Below the pieces are notes generated by a model, which worked only from the letters and a program-made list of their open reading frames with translations, made no database searches and was not told where the DNA came from. The translations under genes were made by a program, and so were the position numbers. Of a DNA stretch of 64,000 nt, positions 36,101 through 46,600 are shown piece by piece. Source of the DNA: an uncultured virus (IMG/VR IMGVR_UViG_3300020183_000058) (Duplodnaviria; Heunggongvirae; Uroviricota; Caudoviricetes; Kyanoviridae); the IMG/VR virus record IMGVR_UViG_3300020183_000058. One strand, 5' to 3'. Every line of letters begins with the position of its first letter. The first letter of the stretch is position 1.

Positions 36101-37341
36101 GTAATACCATTTCCATTAATAATAGGTGAACCCCAAACCTCGTTGACTGTTAAGAAGTTCCCCATATCAAATGGGATGATACTATTTTGTAATGCTTTCG
36201 TATCTCTTGGTTTATCTAAATCAACATAAGATGGTGCTAAAGTTTCAATTTCATATCCTAGAACATATGCTTTACCTGGACCAATCTCCACAGCATATTT
36301 GGTTTCAGATGATGCATTTCCTTGTTGTGTTTTTGTACCTAACGCAAATACACCGTTATTCAATCCATCATCTAGAGATTCTCTCATTCGTACATCAAAA
36401 TCTTTAATGGTATAATTACCAGATTCATCATACGTTCTAATTGCAAGCATCTTTTCCAATTCTGAATACTGAGTTCTTTCTACGAACTTTTCAACCTTAG
36501 AATTGTTTAGACGAAGTAATTCAATGAAATTTTTATCTGTATCATCATCGATTACTTTTTTAACCAATGTTACTTTGATTCTAAATCTATGCCCACCTGG
36601 TGCCGCATAGTTAGAAGTGCCAGTTGCATTATCATTTAATGCTTCATCATCTTCTGGTGTAATAATAGATTCTGAAACTTCAAGACCTACACGATATGAT
36701 GGATAGTTGCTGTATTGATCAAGGATAATAGTTTGTTCTGGAACATCAACAAAGTATCCTCTAATAAAATAGACACCAGTATTAATAGCTGCAGTTGAAC
36801 CAATTGCAATGGCATTGTTTGGTAGCAATTGTGCAAATGGTGTACCAACTTCAATTAGGTTTGTACCAAATGTAATTTCTTTATCGCAAACTAACTGCTC
36901 ATTATTTACAAAAGTTCTTATCTCACTATTATCTCCACCAGACTCGGTATATTTTACATATAGTGTGATATAACCTTTTTCGGATTCTTCTGCAGATAAT
37001 GTATAGACGACCTTTGCCTTAACATTAGTTGTTAATCCAGTGATAATAGATCCAACTAACTTCTCTCGATAATTCTCAACTGCTGTACCAAGGAAGTTTG
37101 CTTGAAGAATTACTGCCTGAGCTTTAGTATCATATCCAATTTGCCCAGGAATGACCATCGCACCTTCTTTGAAAAGGTGTGTACCTACAGACTCAATTTG
37201 ATTCTGTAGTATAGATTGCAATGTGGTTAATTCTCTAGCCTGTACTGGAAATCCAGGTCTAAATAGAACCTTATAAAAATTGCTAAATTTATCAAAATCA
37301 TCATAATATGGTGAAATGTTGAGATTAGTATTCTGGGGCAT
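30163..37341 (-). CDS. VrlC-like / DUF4815-like virion structural protein (2392 aa)
   Basis: PYYDDFD...VLFRPGFPVQARELTTLQSILQNQ, APGGHR, RTYDESGNY, DPLAQSF, GVLFKSQN. Confidence 0.9.
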   Translation of the reverse strand: MPQNTNLNISPYYDDFDKFSNFYKVLFRPGFPVQARELTTLQSILQNQIESVGTHLFKEGAMVIPGQIGYDTKAQAVILQANFLGTAVENYREKLVGSIITGLTTNVKAKVVYTLSAEESEKGYITLYVKYTESGGDNSEIRTFVNNEQLVCDKEITFGTNLIEVGTPFAQLLPNNAIAIGSTAAINTGVYFIRGYFVDVPEQTIILDQYSNYPSYRVGLEVSESIITPEDDEALNDNATGTSNYAAPGGHRFRIKVTLVKKVIDDDTDKNFIELLRLNNSKVEKFVERTQYSELEKMLAIRTYDESGNYTIKDFDVRMRESLDDGLNNGVFALGTKTQQGNASSETKYAVEIGPGKAYVLGYEIETLAPSYVDLDKPRDTKALQNSIIPFDMGNFLTVNEVWGSPIINGNGITTNYQLVELRDQRGSNGTIAGNIIGYARTAIYEYDSGTTVNAPTTTYKAYLFDVQPLSLFKLSNSVTLVQGQVIRGRTSKAKAFVESDQTGSLIKCYQIYGKFIEGEVIVKDGIELGVLNDFYQYDFIDTKAIVGRNNSSTVTFQASAVLDEKRIISGTSFTVSGSTTLTGSLSNFTRDLRPGDMIFFDTTKYAQVKKISLVSTNIDNQLSNSTVLTLESGGTLANGTYNSLYRLRPQLKEKQYADLLIEMPKSSVRAVSDESVIVARSFDNITVTGSNNFTITLPSDEQFLAYDKDHYNLVSLAPTAGTIIDISDKISFNSTGTPRTSLTVSNLTGFTTVRLVASLSKNQVAKRIKTATKMNVLKLERTSISGDVTKFGLNYGSIYGTRIEDEEISLGCTDAYELQAVYESTVDGSPSVPSITMQDATFFKKGTLIQGKTSGAKGLVISFSGVTLVCQFVYKNENKFIPGETIVGVNTIDQPVEGLADDNEGSVNNGSNNITNNFILDPNQNGYFYDVSKLIRKPNTSAPLRKLLVIFDRFTHESSGDYFNGSSYIGIDYEEIPSLGFGREKKNLRDVLDFRPAITPNLSGSGTTSDPYFVNCATLDFKDRSFLSGGASNNATISDIPKPESDFRCDYDFYLPRIDKLFVTDQREFQIIKGKSSETPVPPDNLLNAMLMCTLTHEAYGYDPEEVYIKRENNRRFTMKDIGVIEKRLDQVEYYTSLNLLEMETNTLSIKDSDGFDKFKNGFMVDDFSSLTAAGTNHPDYECSMDFVAGFLRPAHYTSNVPLEYNPTASSNLVLSSNSAILTLPYEHTRFIHQPYASRVENVNPFNVFAFIGRVDLTPSSDDWVDTQRAPQRIVNVEGDFDATVARLGADQSGFAPIQWGSWQTTWSGTQTGATSGSWLEQCFCFGAPRRVLQSTDITTTTNQTRQGVRTQVVPRIDRQSLGDNVIARASIPWIRSRNIEFKIQRIKPKTRMYPFFDTREVSVYTTPKIIEVIKNSTIDSKTNNIPFQQGETVVGVTSGVRMRLVSPNDGFPTNPYTQTPLPTAYASTTDIININTTLMASQVNGDFFGNPVQGEVLVGQTSGARAIVKEKRLISDLSGNLTGVFFIPSPNISANPRWGTGRRVFRFTSSPTDSRVLGDVDSAGEATYEAAGTLETQQETILAVRNADIVRDTVTQNQTLQSTRTELRQVGWWDPLAQSFLIDSKGGAFITKVDVYFKTKDEKIPINCQIRTMQNGYPTTKILPFSDTTILPKDVQLSDNGSIPTTFVLPAPVYLQESQEYAFVLFTDSNEYKVWVSRMGENDITNDRTISEQPYAGVLFKSQNATTWTADQYEDLKFSMYKAVFNTAVAGRAVFNNAKLGIGNNQIHNLIPNAIETTKPQLKITLNSSTISYTVGAEISMTDQSPTPSAIIRQVVQGGGGVNGHLIIDDIQGTFRTGVTGGALAVYRIVSSRSLADITLNSGVTGTFTVGQKLTSSAGGSGVVTAYNSSTRVISLKSVTGTFAAGDTVSMTVNSTVVGSGSIATNGVALSGDDINRFISINPSFFNVSNKLIVTHQNHGMHDQANTVSITGVVSEVAPTIIDAAYHTNGIGTADGVGSNFELHVNDANGFHKVVNGLPLDVANPGYIKIGSEIIKYIEISSDGTIITIPSGGRAAGGSNLQAHGTEEGVECYNFDGIPMIEINTVHDGITNPTLDTYEVTTDSIASNGIVSGGSNIYATQNVAFECITPQITQMKLPNTDILHRFNCVSGTSINDDGATLLESSFVNDGIYEDVIVGVPNILNNQKIICSQVNEDTHLNGSKSLIYEMNVISNNVNISPVIDLDRTSVITTTNRINNIPLDKADSRKASGDKNRAIYISKFVELTNPANSLKVMFSANMHPYTDVKVMYKVIPVGSTLSVDEIGFEYFNTTGGPDTSIPKTEKFELHDFDFTVDSLNFIGFQVKIIMNSQNQAYVPVIKDFRVIALLDL

Positions 37342-37354
37342 CGGACTTCCTACT

Positions 37355-38890
37355 TTAGAATTCGACTACAATTTTGATATCTTCGATCTGGTCACCAGCA
37401 CGTGAGATTGACCTTCTATTATCTATATAGATTACATCACCAGAGTTCTTATCGATCTCTGGTTTTGCATATCCATTGGTAAATCTCATTCCTAGATCAT
37501 ATTCTGTATTATTAATAGATCTTGTGGATGAGTTTGGAATAATTGGAAAGTTAACATCTGGTTCTGCAGAAGTTCCAGATGATGCTCCAATTACTGGATT
37601 ACCACCTTCAAACTCCGATAATGATCCAGTAATTTCTGGAAAGATACCATCAATTCTATTTTGATAGTATTTTAATACTTTAGTTGTAGAGTTCCAAGAA
37701 ATGACTCTACCTCTAGCAGTAATTTGTTGTCCACCAATAGTTCTTGTTTGAGAGATGATCTCATCAGTTTGATATGATCCAGTAAATGTTGGTGGGAAAA
37801 TAACAGCATATGTTCCAGATAATGTTAATTCAGACGCAAGTTCTGTAGTGCCAAAACGATTTGGATTAATAATAAGACCGATTCTTCGATAATCATTATC
37901 TGTTGGGAAGTCACCAGATCCTTCTGCATAAGAAAACTTGGTATTAATCATGACTCTATATCCACCCAATTCAAATGATGGATCTGAACCATGACCTCCT
38001 TTTGGGGGAATAATCACATCGAGAAGACCACCAGTACCAGTACCAGCTCCAATACCATTGATTTCATCAACAATGATTTGTCCGAAAGAATATTCAGATC
38101 CACCAGAGGTTACGGTTGATGAAACAATCTTACCACCATCTACAACGATAGAAACTCTTCCTCCTGAACCATCTCCTTTAATGGGAACGTTTTCATAAGT
38201 ACCATTGTTATAACCAGATCCCGAAGAGGAAATAATAACAGTATCAATTTCACCTTCTGCTGCTTCTGACTGAACTGCAACATCACTTAGTACTGGCATA
38301 TACTCATTTGAAAAGAATTTCAAAACAGAGCCAACGGGAATAGTATAAACATACTTCCATCTATATCCATCAGTAGTTGTAATTACAGATGTAGAAGTTC
38401 CAGTTGGTTCTACAGTTGATGGTTTTCCATTAGGGTCTGATGGTGAAGTACCATTAAAGATACACTTATATACTTGATACTGTGAGTTTACGACATAAAA
38501 GTCAGCATCATATAGTTTAGTAGCACCAGACGATGCTGTTTTAATGGAAGAATAATCATGACGATACATGTCATATGTGTATCCCAAACCACCTGTTGTT
38601 TGTTCTGGTGGAGTCCAGTCAATACGACGTATAACTTGAATAGTATCGTTTGCTAAAACTCTTTTTAGAGAAATTAGATCATCGTATACATCACTAAACT
38701 GTTGGAATGAGTCAATAGGATCTGGTGGGACATTCTCATTGTCCCACTCTTGTGGTCTTCCAATAAAAACATAAAGACGATCTCTATTTGTTCCTGCAAC
38801 AATGTCCGAAGCAGTTTTATCTGGACCTTCTAAGGTTTTGATAAATCTTTTTGCCGCAAAAACTCTAAATTGGTCGGTAAGTAATGCCAT
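37355..38890 (-). CDS. gp8: baseplate wedge subunit (gp8)
   Basis: LYVFIGRPQEW, YQVYKCIFNG, DGYRWKY, QIEDIKIVVEF. Confidence 0.95.
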   Translation of the reverse strand: MALLTDQFRVFAAKRFIKTLEGPDKTASDIVAGTNRDRLYVFIGRPQEWDNENVPPDPIDSFQQFSDVYDDLISLKRVLANDTIQVIRRIDWTPPEQTTGGLGYTYDMYRHDYSSIKTASSGATKLYDADFYVVNSQYQVYKCIFNGTSPSDPNGKPSTVEPTGTSTSVITTTDGYRWKYVYTIPVGSVLKFFSNEYMPVLSDVAVQSEAAEGEIDTVIISSSGSGYNNGTYENVPIKGDGSGGRVSIVVDGGKIVSSTVTSGGSEYSFGQIIVDEINGIGAGTGTGGLLDVIIPPKGGHGSDPSFELGGYRVMINTKFSYAEGSGDFPTDNDYRRIGLIINPNRFGTTELASELTLSGTYAVIFPPTFTGSYQTDEIISQTRTIGGQQITARGRVISWNSTTKVLKYYQNRIDGIFPEITGSLSEFEGGNPVIGASSGTSAEPDVNFPIIPNSSTRSINNTEYDLGMRFTNGYAKPEIDKNSGDVIYIDNRRSISRAGDQIEDIKIVVEF

Positions 38891-38913
38891 TTCAGTACTC
38901 GTTTTTCCTTAGT

Positions 38914-38921
38914 TATTTATA
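38914..38921 (-). promoter_or_regulatory. late promoter TATAAATA (g8)
   Basis: Exact consensus, intergenic. Confidence 0.88.
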
Positions 38922-38926
38922 CTATA

Positions 38927-41080
38927 TTAATTACCTGTTTCGTCTCTCACTAAGGAGAAGTAAGATACAGAAGTAATCTTTCCATTTCCACCACCTGCAC
39001 CCGTAATTGTCTCTCCAATTTGATACTCTGATGGTGGATTGGATCCAAATTGTGGAGTTTTTACATATAGTAAATTAAAAGTTTCTAGGTATGTAGGATC
39101 GTCCTCAAGTTCTTGAGGTTCATTTTGCATTCTTACGACAATTGCTCTTGTATTAGTACCAATAATTGATCCAACTGGATGTGATAATTCTAATGTCGTA
39201 GAGTTAATAATTCTTTTAATGACGGATCCTGGAGTAATTACATCACCTGCCACTAACATACCTTCTTCAAGATCTACTGTATTTGCTACAACAATAATGT
39301 TTGATAACGAATTCATGGTGGCACTGGTTGACCATAAACCATTAATTATTGTTCTATAGTAGATAATAGTACTTTGAATTGTACTAGTTGCTCCTGTTGC
39401 TATTGCACCAGAAATAAATGGGGTTGCTGCAAGTGGTTTTACTCCTAGTTTAATTATACATGTATGTCTTTCACCATCAGTTAATCCTGTTACTTCAATA
39501 ATAGATGGTTCTAATGGTGGCAATGAAGCATCTCTAACAATTTCTCCCGTAGTGAATAATGTTGTATTTGTGCCTCCTGTATTTTCTTCAATACCATATA
39601 ATGTATCAGCTCTGCCACCATTTAAGTAAATTTGATCTTCATATGCAGTACCTTCATTGTAGATGTCAGCAAATCCATCACCACCAGGAAACAGTGTAGA
39701 TGTTGAAGTAACTTCACCAAGATAAAAATCTTCAAATTTATAATCTTGCAAAATAGATATGGTTGGTTGAGTTAGTATAATAATAAATTCTCCTATTGCC
39801 TCAATAGTTCTATGTGGAAATGTTGTTGCCGAACCAGATATACCACCACTAAATGAAATAACATTTGATTTTTCATTTGCTCTGCCTGCATCAATGAATG
39901 CTAATTCATCAATTTCAAATTTAATGTACAAAGATTTTGTCTCTGGAACCCAATCATATACTTTAGCAATTTTATTAGATGCATTTGCATTAACTCTATT
40001 TACTCTATCTGTGACTTGGAATTTGTATTGCGAAATTCCAAATGCATCATCAGCTCCATTATCTAATACAATTTTTTGATCATATCTGAAGTTAACACCT
40101 CTATTACATCCAGTAAGACTCGTTGGAGTTTTTCCAGTAAAGGATATAATTTCTTTGTTTAAGAAGATTGATCCAGATCCTGGTAATCCTCCAGTTGACT
40201 CTAAATGGATTACTGTATCGGAAGGTTCTACATCTTTAATCAATCCGACAACATTTTTAACTACAGAATTATAAATCTGTCTATTTCTAATTTTTCTTGA
40301 TAACTTAGTTTGTCTTGCAAATACAACCTCTGGTGCCGATGTATATCTATCTCCTCCATTTATAATTTCAATATCTGAAATTTGTCCAAGGTCTGTAAAT
40401 GCTTGTGCCTTTGCACCAGATCCTCCTCCACCAACTAATAAAACTAGAGGATTTGTTTCATAGAACTCCCCAGGATTTTCAATGTAGATGCTAGATACTG
40501 TCCCAAATTCATTAATATTTACAACACCTTGAGCACCTGATCCACCACCTCCAGAAATAGAAACTAGTGTATTGGCATTCAGATATTCTCTCCCTGTGTT
40601 TATAATAGATAAACCAGTTATGAATCCAGTTACAGGACTTAGAGTAGCACCAGTTCCCCCTCCTCCTCTAATTTGAGCAAGTGTAGTGCCAAAATAACTA
40701 TCACCCTGAGATGTCATTTGAATGTATTCAATCTCTCCTGTATCAACACCATATTGATCTTTTTTTAAAAAAACTTTACCTATTGCACCAGATGGAGTTC
40801 CCTCTCCCAGTCCTGGAGGGTTAGTTCCTGTTATCTCAACTCTTAACGGATCATATCCATATCCACCATCAATAACTTGTACCTTTATAATTTCACCATT
40901 TTTAATAATTGGTCTAAGTTTTGCTTCTTGTGTTGGAACTCCTGCCCCAGTAATCCTTAATAGGGGAGGAGCATCCGATCTATATCCAGATCCACCAGAA
41001 AGAATCTCAACACTATCTACACCCAAGTATTGATTAAATATTGGTCTTATCTTAGCTCCAGATCCAGGTACAATTGCCAT
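38927..41080 (-). CDS. baseplate wedge-associated structural protein (gp7-like, Gly-rich repeats)
   Basis: GSGA/GGSGY...P...GGGGSGA repeats; located upstream of g8. Confidence 0.75.
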   Translation of the reverse strand: MAIVPGSGAKIRPIFNQYLGVDSVEILSGGSGYRSDAPPLLRITGAGVPTQEAKLRPIIKNGEIIKVQVIDGGYGYDPLRVEITGTNPPGLGEGTPSGAIGKVFLKKDQYGVDTGEIEYIQMTSQGDSYFGTTLAQIRGGGGTGATLSPVTGFITGLSIINTGREYLNANTLVSISGGGGSGAQGVVNINEFGTVSSIYIENPGEFYETNPLVLLVGGGGSGAKAQAFTDLGQISDIEIINGGDRYTSAPEVVFARQTKLSRKIRNRQIYNSVVKNVVGLIKDVEPSDTVIHLESTGGLPGSGSIFLNKEIISFTGKTPTSLTGCNRGVNFRYDQKIVLDNGADDAFGISQYKFQVTDRVNRVNANASNKIAKVYDWVPETKSLYIKFEIDELAFIDAGRANEKSNVISFSGGISGSATTFPHRTIEAIGEFIIILTQPTISILQDYKFEDFYLGEVTSTSTLFPGGDGFADIYNEGTAYEDQIYLNGGRADTLYGIEENTGGTNTTLFTTGEIVRDASLPPLEPSIIEVTGLTDGERHTCIIKLGVKPLAATPFISGAIATGATSTIQSTIIYYRTIINGLWSTSATMNSLSNIIVVANTVDLEEGMLVAGDVITPGSVIKRIINSTTLELSHPVGSIIGTNTRAIVVRMQNEPQELEDDPTYLETFNLLYVKTPQFGSNPPSEYQIGETITGAGGGNGKITSVSYFSLVRDETGN

Positions 41081-41102
41081 TTATATATTCTCTCTACTAT
41101 GA

Positions 41103-41110
41103 TATTTATC
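41103..41110 (-). promoter_or_regulatory. late promoter GATAAATA overlapping the protease stop
   Basis: NATAAATA 22 nt before the next ATG. Confidence 0.65.
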
Positions 41111-42764
41111 TGATATATTTGATTTTTACTCTTGGAAATGTTTGACCTTCTGATCCCCTACCATTTTGATTTTTTCTGGGGTATACTTCCCCAGTCAATC
41201 CTCTAAACAATTTATAAAACAAATACCTATTATTTGAGTCTCCAAAACCAGTATACGGTGATTGGTTTGGTGTCGATCCAACGGTAATTTGATTTAATTT
41301 TGAAGTTTTGATTAATATATTTTTTATTTCATTTTGTTTAATATTTGGACAAGATTCCACAATCAACGCAGCAACACCAGCAACTTGTGGAGATGACATA
41401 CTAGTTCCAGAAATTGATCCTAATTTATAACTAGAATTTCTTGGATCATTTACCAAATTAATTCCCCATTCAGAAGCAGCTCCAGTATCATATACTGCTG
41501 AAATGATATTTGAACCAGGTGCCCAAATGTCAATTCTTGATCCCCAATTACTAAAATTGGATTTATTTTCTCCTATTAAAGTGCCAACACTACCAACACA
41601 AATTACTCCATCTGCGGCTCCTGGGGATGAACCTCTAGAGTGATACACCACACCAAAATTATTTGTTGAAACATAATTATTGTAATCTAGTCCTGTTGAA
41701 GGTTGCATATTCCAATATGAATTTCCTGCAGATGAGACTATAATAACTCCATCTGCAATTGCATCCTGAATATCTGCATCTAACGCAGCATATCTTGCAG
41801 GTACTCTGTAAAGATAAGTACCACCAGGAACAGGAACTCCATTTGCTTGTAAAGTGGTTGCTTTAACTGTAGTTGAGAATCCACTTAAACTAGTAGTAGT
41901 ACCTCGATATGTAACAGAGGTTACCTGTGATAAGTCAATTTGATTATAACTATATCCCCAACTATGATTAGTTACGGTAGGGTTTCTTGTTCCTGTTGCT
42001 GGATTAATTGGTTTAAACAAATGAAATGCTCTGAGATAATCAAATAAATATAATTCCCAATTTCCCCCAGGAGGAGCATTCCCACCATTATAACCAAATT
42101 CCATATTATAGATCTTTGAATCTCTTGCCCAACCCTGTGTATTTCCTGCAACAGTTCCAGCCACATGAGTTCCATGATTGCTAGAAATATTACTATAACT
42201 ATATGGTCCAGTATAGGGAAACTCTAAAAATTCATTGTATAAAAACCAGTTAATTTGATCGACTCTACTACCACCTGTTCCGTCTGGGTTTACTGCAAAT
42301 TCTGGGTGAAGAGGATTTATATGAGAATCAACAATTACTACGTCAACGTTTTTACCTGATGCAGTTGTGTTTATTGTTCCTGTTTGTGATGGATATGGAT
42401 ATCCATCTGTTCCCCAACTAGGTATTTGAGATCCTCTTGCACAACGAAGTAAACCCCAATTTTTTTCATTACTCCCTATTGTAGAACTTTTTTGAAATAT
42501 TCCTGTTTGATTGTAATACGGTGTTACTACTAATCCCACTTCAGATGGTAATAGTTCAACAGCTAAAACTCTAGAATCATTTCTTAAAAGTTCTGCTTCT
42601 TCTTCTGTTAATAAGTAATGAGTGTTTCTAGAGATATTTCTTCTCATTGCACATTCAACTAATCTATTTGGAATAGTAATGGAACCTCCTTCGGTTTCCA
42701 TGTCTTCATAGAATGCATCGAGATCTTGAAAATTTTGTAATGTTACTACGTATTCTTTCATCAT
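41106..42764 (-). CDS. subtilisin-family (S8) serine protease
   Basis: Triad motifs VDVVIVDS, HGTHVAGTVAG, GTSMSSPQVAG and oxyanion SAGN; N-terminal prodomain-like segment. Confidence 0.95.
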   Translation of the reverse strand: MMKEYVVTLQNFQDLDAFYEDMETEGGSITIPNRLVECAMRRNISRNTHYLLTEEEAELLRNDSRVLAVELLPSEVGLVVTPYYNQTGIFQKSSTIGSNEKNWGLLRCARGSQIPSWGTDGYPYPSQTGTINTTASGKNVDVVIVDSHINPLHPEFAVNPDGTGGSRVDQINWFLYNEFLEFPYTGPYSYSNISSNHGTHVAGTVAGNTQGWARDSKIYNMEFGYNGGNAPPGGNWELYLFDYLRAFHLFKPINPATGTRNPTVTNHSWGYSYNQIDLSQVTSVTYRGTTTSLSGFSTTVKATTLQANGVPVPGGTYLYRVPARYAALDADIQDAIADGVIIVSSAGNSYWNMQPSTGLDYNNYVSTNNFGVVYHSRGSSPGAADGVICVGSVGTLIGENKSNFSNWGSRIDIWAPGSNIISAVYDTGAASEWGINLVNDPRNSSYKLGSISGTSMSSPQVAGVAALIVESCPNIKQNEIKNILIKTSKLNQITVGSTPNQSPYTGFGDSNNRYLFYKLFRGLTGEVYPRKNQNGRGSEGQTFPRVKIKYIR

Positions 42765-43648
42765 GCCTCTAGTTGCAATAGAGTGAGTGATACTGTAATT
42801 GTATTTGCGGACCCAGATTTATTAGTCACTTTCATGTAAATATTTGATCCTGGTGTAGTATCGTTGTTAAATCCAAATACTGCAGGTGTCATTAGTTGTG
42901 TTTGTGGTCCAGTGGTGATAACTTCTGCAATTACACCAGCACCGTTTGCAGGATCTTCGTCTTCTAATCTACTGTAGTCAGCAGCTCTGCTATTTGAATC
43001 AGTGTAGATAGTAACCCAGGCAGCAGTACTTGTTTGTACCTTTAACAGAGAGTATGACTTAAATCCAGTAACCTCAATATATCCAGATGCATTATTTCCA
43101 AGAACTATAGTATTTGCTGCTACAGTTGTTCTTGAAGACAGACCAACTAATTGTTGACTTAATTCTGCATAATCTGCAATTCTTTTCCAAGCAGATCCAT
43201 CAGAATAATATAATCTATTGGTTGTTGTTACCTTAGCAAGCATACCTGCTTTGGTAGATGCAGTTGGCAGGTCGGGGATATCATTATAATTTGCCCAATT
43301 TAAATCCGCAGCATTTCCAGTTGTAGAAACAGTTGCTAGATTTGGTTTATTTAAGATTTGAGCAATCCCAGATGTAGCATTCCAGTTTGCATTAACTTGT
43401 GGTTGTGGAATAATAGGTAGGTTTGTTAACTCATTATATGATAAAACTGATGATACAAACTGAGTACCATTTGATCTAAGAATTTTACCTGCTACTACAT
43501 CATCAATATTAATTTGTAAATTAGTTCCTGTACCAAGAGATTGGTACAGTTCATCAACCATAGCATTTAATTTACTAGCACCAAATCGTATACTATCTCC
43601 AGTTCCGTCGTTTGGTGAAGTTCCAATATTTAAAGACTGCTTTGCCAT
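42761..43648 (-). CDS. baseplate protein with a gp9/gp10-like N-terminal domain
   Basis: MAKQSLNIGTSPNDGTGDSIRFGASKLN matches the T4 gp9/gp10 N-terminal motif. Confidence 0.8.
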   Translation of the reverse strand: MAKQSLNIGTSPNDGTGDSIRFGASKLNAMVDELYQSLGTGTNLQINIDDVVAGKILRSNGTQFVSSVLSYNELTNLPIIPQPQVNANWNATSGIAQILNKPNLATVSTTGNAADLNWANYNDIPDLPTASTKAGMLAKVTTTNRLYYSDGSAWKRIADYAELSQQLVGLSSRTTVAANTIVLGNNASGYIEVTGFKSYSLLKVQTSTAAWVTIYTDSNSRAADYSRLEDEDPANGAGVIAEVITTGPQTQLMTPAVFGFNNDTTPGSNIYMKVTNKSGSANTITVSLTLLQLEA

Positions 43649-43671
43649 GATGGTTATTCTTTTTCCTTTAG

Positions 43672-43679
43672 TATTTATG
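43672..43679 (-). promoter_or_regulatory. late promoter CATAAATA overlapping the giant-gene stop
   Basis: NATAAATA 23 nt before the gp9-like ATG. Confidence 0.7.
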
Positions 43680-46600
43680 TTTGGTCTAAAGTTAATTGGG
43701 TATTATCTATTGTTGCAGAAGTACTATCAAGAGTTGGATTAAATCCAGTTGGTAAATCGGGAACAAGATTATCAACTAGAACTTCAGGATATACATATCC
43801 TGAACCAGAGTTTGCCACGACTACCTGATATACACCAACTCTTGCTAAGATTTGCCCATCAAAACCAGTTGGTGATAGGACGTTAACAGTTGGTCTTGTT
43901 ATATATCCAGATCCAGGTGCAGTTACCAAAGCAGTATCAATTCTTCCTGGAGTAATGACTGCAGTTGCTTTACCATTTCTACCTTTAACAGATCCAGAGT
44001 ATTCAAATGTTACAAGTGAATTAGATGATTCAATAACAGCAACAGTACGATTTGAATCTTCACCATCAATGAAGATTTCATCTCCAATTTCAATCGGTGG
44101 AACAACAGTTGCTGCAACAACGTCTGCATCAGAACCAATATATGAGAATGCTACGAATGAAGATCCAGCACGAGGAATTTCTGAGAATGTAATTCTTGAA
44201 CCAATTAATTTAAATCCAACCCCAGGTTCCTGAAGAACACCATTGATAGCAACAATAATATTATTTTCAGGCAGAATAATATTTGATTGAACACCTTGAG
44301 TAATTGTCAGTGAGTAGAATACTCCATTAAATTTAAGGTTGAATGAACTTCTAAGTGAATCAAAGTCAAATGAGATATCATCTAACAGTCTTAGTTTACC
44401 AATATAATATGCATTAAACGTAGATCCCGCAGGTGGAGCTTCAGTGAACTGAATATTATCTGCAAAAATAGTATATGCATAGTCTGCTCCAGGTGGTTGT
44501 AGGATACCATTAACAAATACTAATAAGTGACCATCAGAATCTGGGAAGTATGGAGTTCCATTATTGTAAGTTAATTTGAATGATACTGTACTTCCATCAA
44601 AACCTCTTGCATATCTATTGACTCTTGCTACTACTTCAGTAGGATTAATATTGATTAATTTTAATCCACCATTTAATAGTAACTGTTGATTTGATAGGAA
44701 GGTTCCACTTACTTCAGTTAACCATAACTTAAAGTTTCCTCCACTTTGCTCAATTCTAGTAATTTTGCCAGAAGGTGATGATGTGGTAGTATTGACTGTA
44801 AGAACCTGACCAAATATTTTTGGTTGAAGTGTTCCAGGTTGGAATACACCAACTACAGAACTTCCAGTGTTTACATCATTATCAAAATTGCTTGTTTTGT
44901 TGCCAATAAACATTGTACCAGTTACGGAATCATATGAAATGACAGTTGCATATTGACCTGTAGGTAAGTTGTTAACAATAACATCTAGTTTATCACCTTG
45001 TAAGAAAGTGTCAGATGGATTTCCACCAGTAGTAACTGTACTTAAATTAAGTACTAGTTGAGTTACAGTAGATCCTCTTAGATATTCTCCAATTATAGGA
45101 GCATTAAATCCTACAGCATCAAAACAGGATAACAAGACTTCTGATTCAGATGCATATACAAACTCACTATATGAGAACCCACCTTGAAGTGTTTCTGTAT
45201 CTAGTGTTAGTGTACCAGAAGTATTTCCGAGTATTGCTCCAGAATTGTAATTCCATTGATTAATTTTTGCAAAAGCAGCAGAATTTTCCGAATAAATTGG
45301 ACTACCAGTTGAGAATGTTCCCATCATTGGTTTTAGCATCATTTTATTAGATACTGTAGTAATAGTACCAGTAGCACCACTAGTATTTCCTGTTAATACA
45401 TCACCAACTTGTATACCAGGAGAAATAGAAATTAGATCCAAATAGGTACTACCATTAGTTTGATAAACGATAGCAGTATTATTTAATGCATCCTCAACAG
45501 TTTCCCCAGTAACAAATTTAGGAGGATTCTGCCCACCACCTAGTGTGATAGTATATCTATTGTATAATTTTCTAATTTGATATTTGTTGTATTGCAATGC
45601 TGAAATTTCTGCAACCGATGTTGAAGTTTCACCATATATAAATGCTGATGGTTCGAATGAAATTGAGTACGGAATAGGAATTGTTCTAGTTGCATAAGTT
45701 TTTGATGGAACCTCTACCCCAGCATCTCTAGTAATACTAGTGATGTTTGCAGGAGTATTAATTACAAGCTTGTAGATAGCAATTAATGTATCAATATAAG
45801 TTGAAGTATCACCAACAGCCAATGCTTGCTCACTATATCTTGGTTGGTTAGTAGTAGGTCCTAATGGATTTAATGTTTGAGTAACTGCTTTGTTTGCCCA
45901 GAATTTAATTCTATCCAAGTGGAATTTAAGATGGACTGGATTATATCCACTGAAAGCAATAAAATTATAGAACGCATCTAACCAACTTAAGCATCTCGCA
46001 TAAGATTTAGCATTGCCATTTGTAACAAGATCATACAACATGTCAGCAATTATATCAAAACCAAAACTAACTGTTCCAGGATATAGTGGATATGCTTGTT
46101 TAGTATCGTTATATGCTTCATTTGCAATATAACTTCTATTAAACAACAAGAGTTTTGCAGCATTTCTTCTATTCTGTGAACTATACTGAGCAGATTCCTC
46201 AGAAATAATACCTAACAGTAAGTCAAATAGTGTTGAGATTGCAGAAGTTACATTTGCACAACCGTTTGGATTTTGATTAACTGGATCTCCAGTTATAGAC
46301 AAGTTTCTATATGGTTGGACATTTGTATATAATGCAACATATGCCCCTGATGGAGTGTTCGTAGAGTTTTTAGCATAAAGTAAATTGTTAACTGCCTTTT
46401 GAGCAATTGGTTTTGCCAACTCTAAAGATTTATGCATTGCTAATAATTCATCTTCAACAAATAAAATATTAGTGTTAGTATCAAGGTATGTATTAAATGC
46501 ATCCAGGGTTGCATTATTACCACCAGTAATAAGATCCGTCATCATCGCAGGAATGAGATGATCTCTCAAATCCCGAATGCATTTCTGCGTATTTGGATTT

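Noticed and set aside
45758..46170. Repeat 7 as a chromophore-binding unit
   Set aside because: It lacks CxRD, the N-terminal Asp and the in-register C-terminal Cys; kept only as a degenerate repeat.
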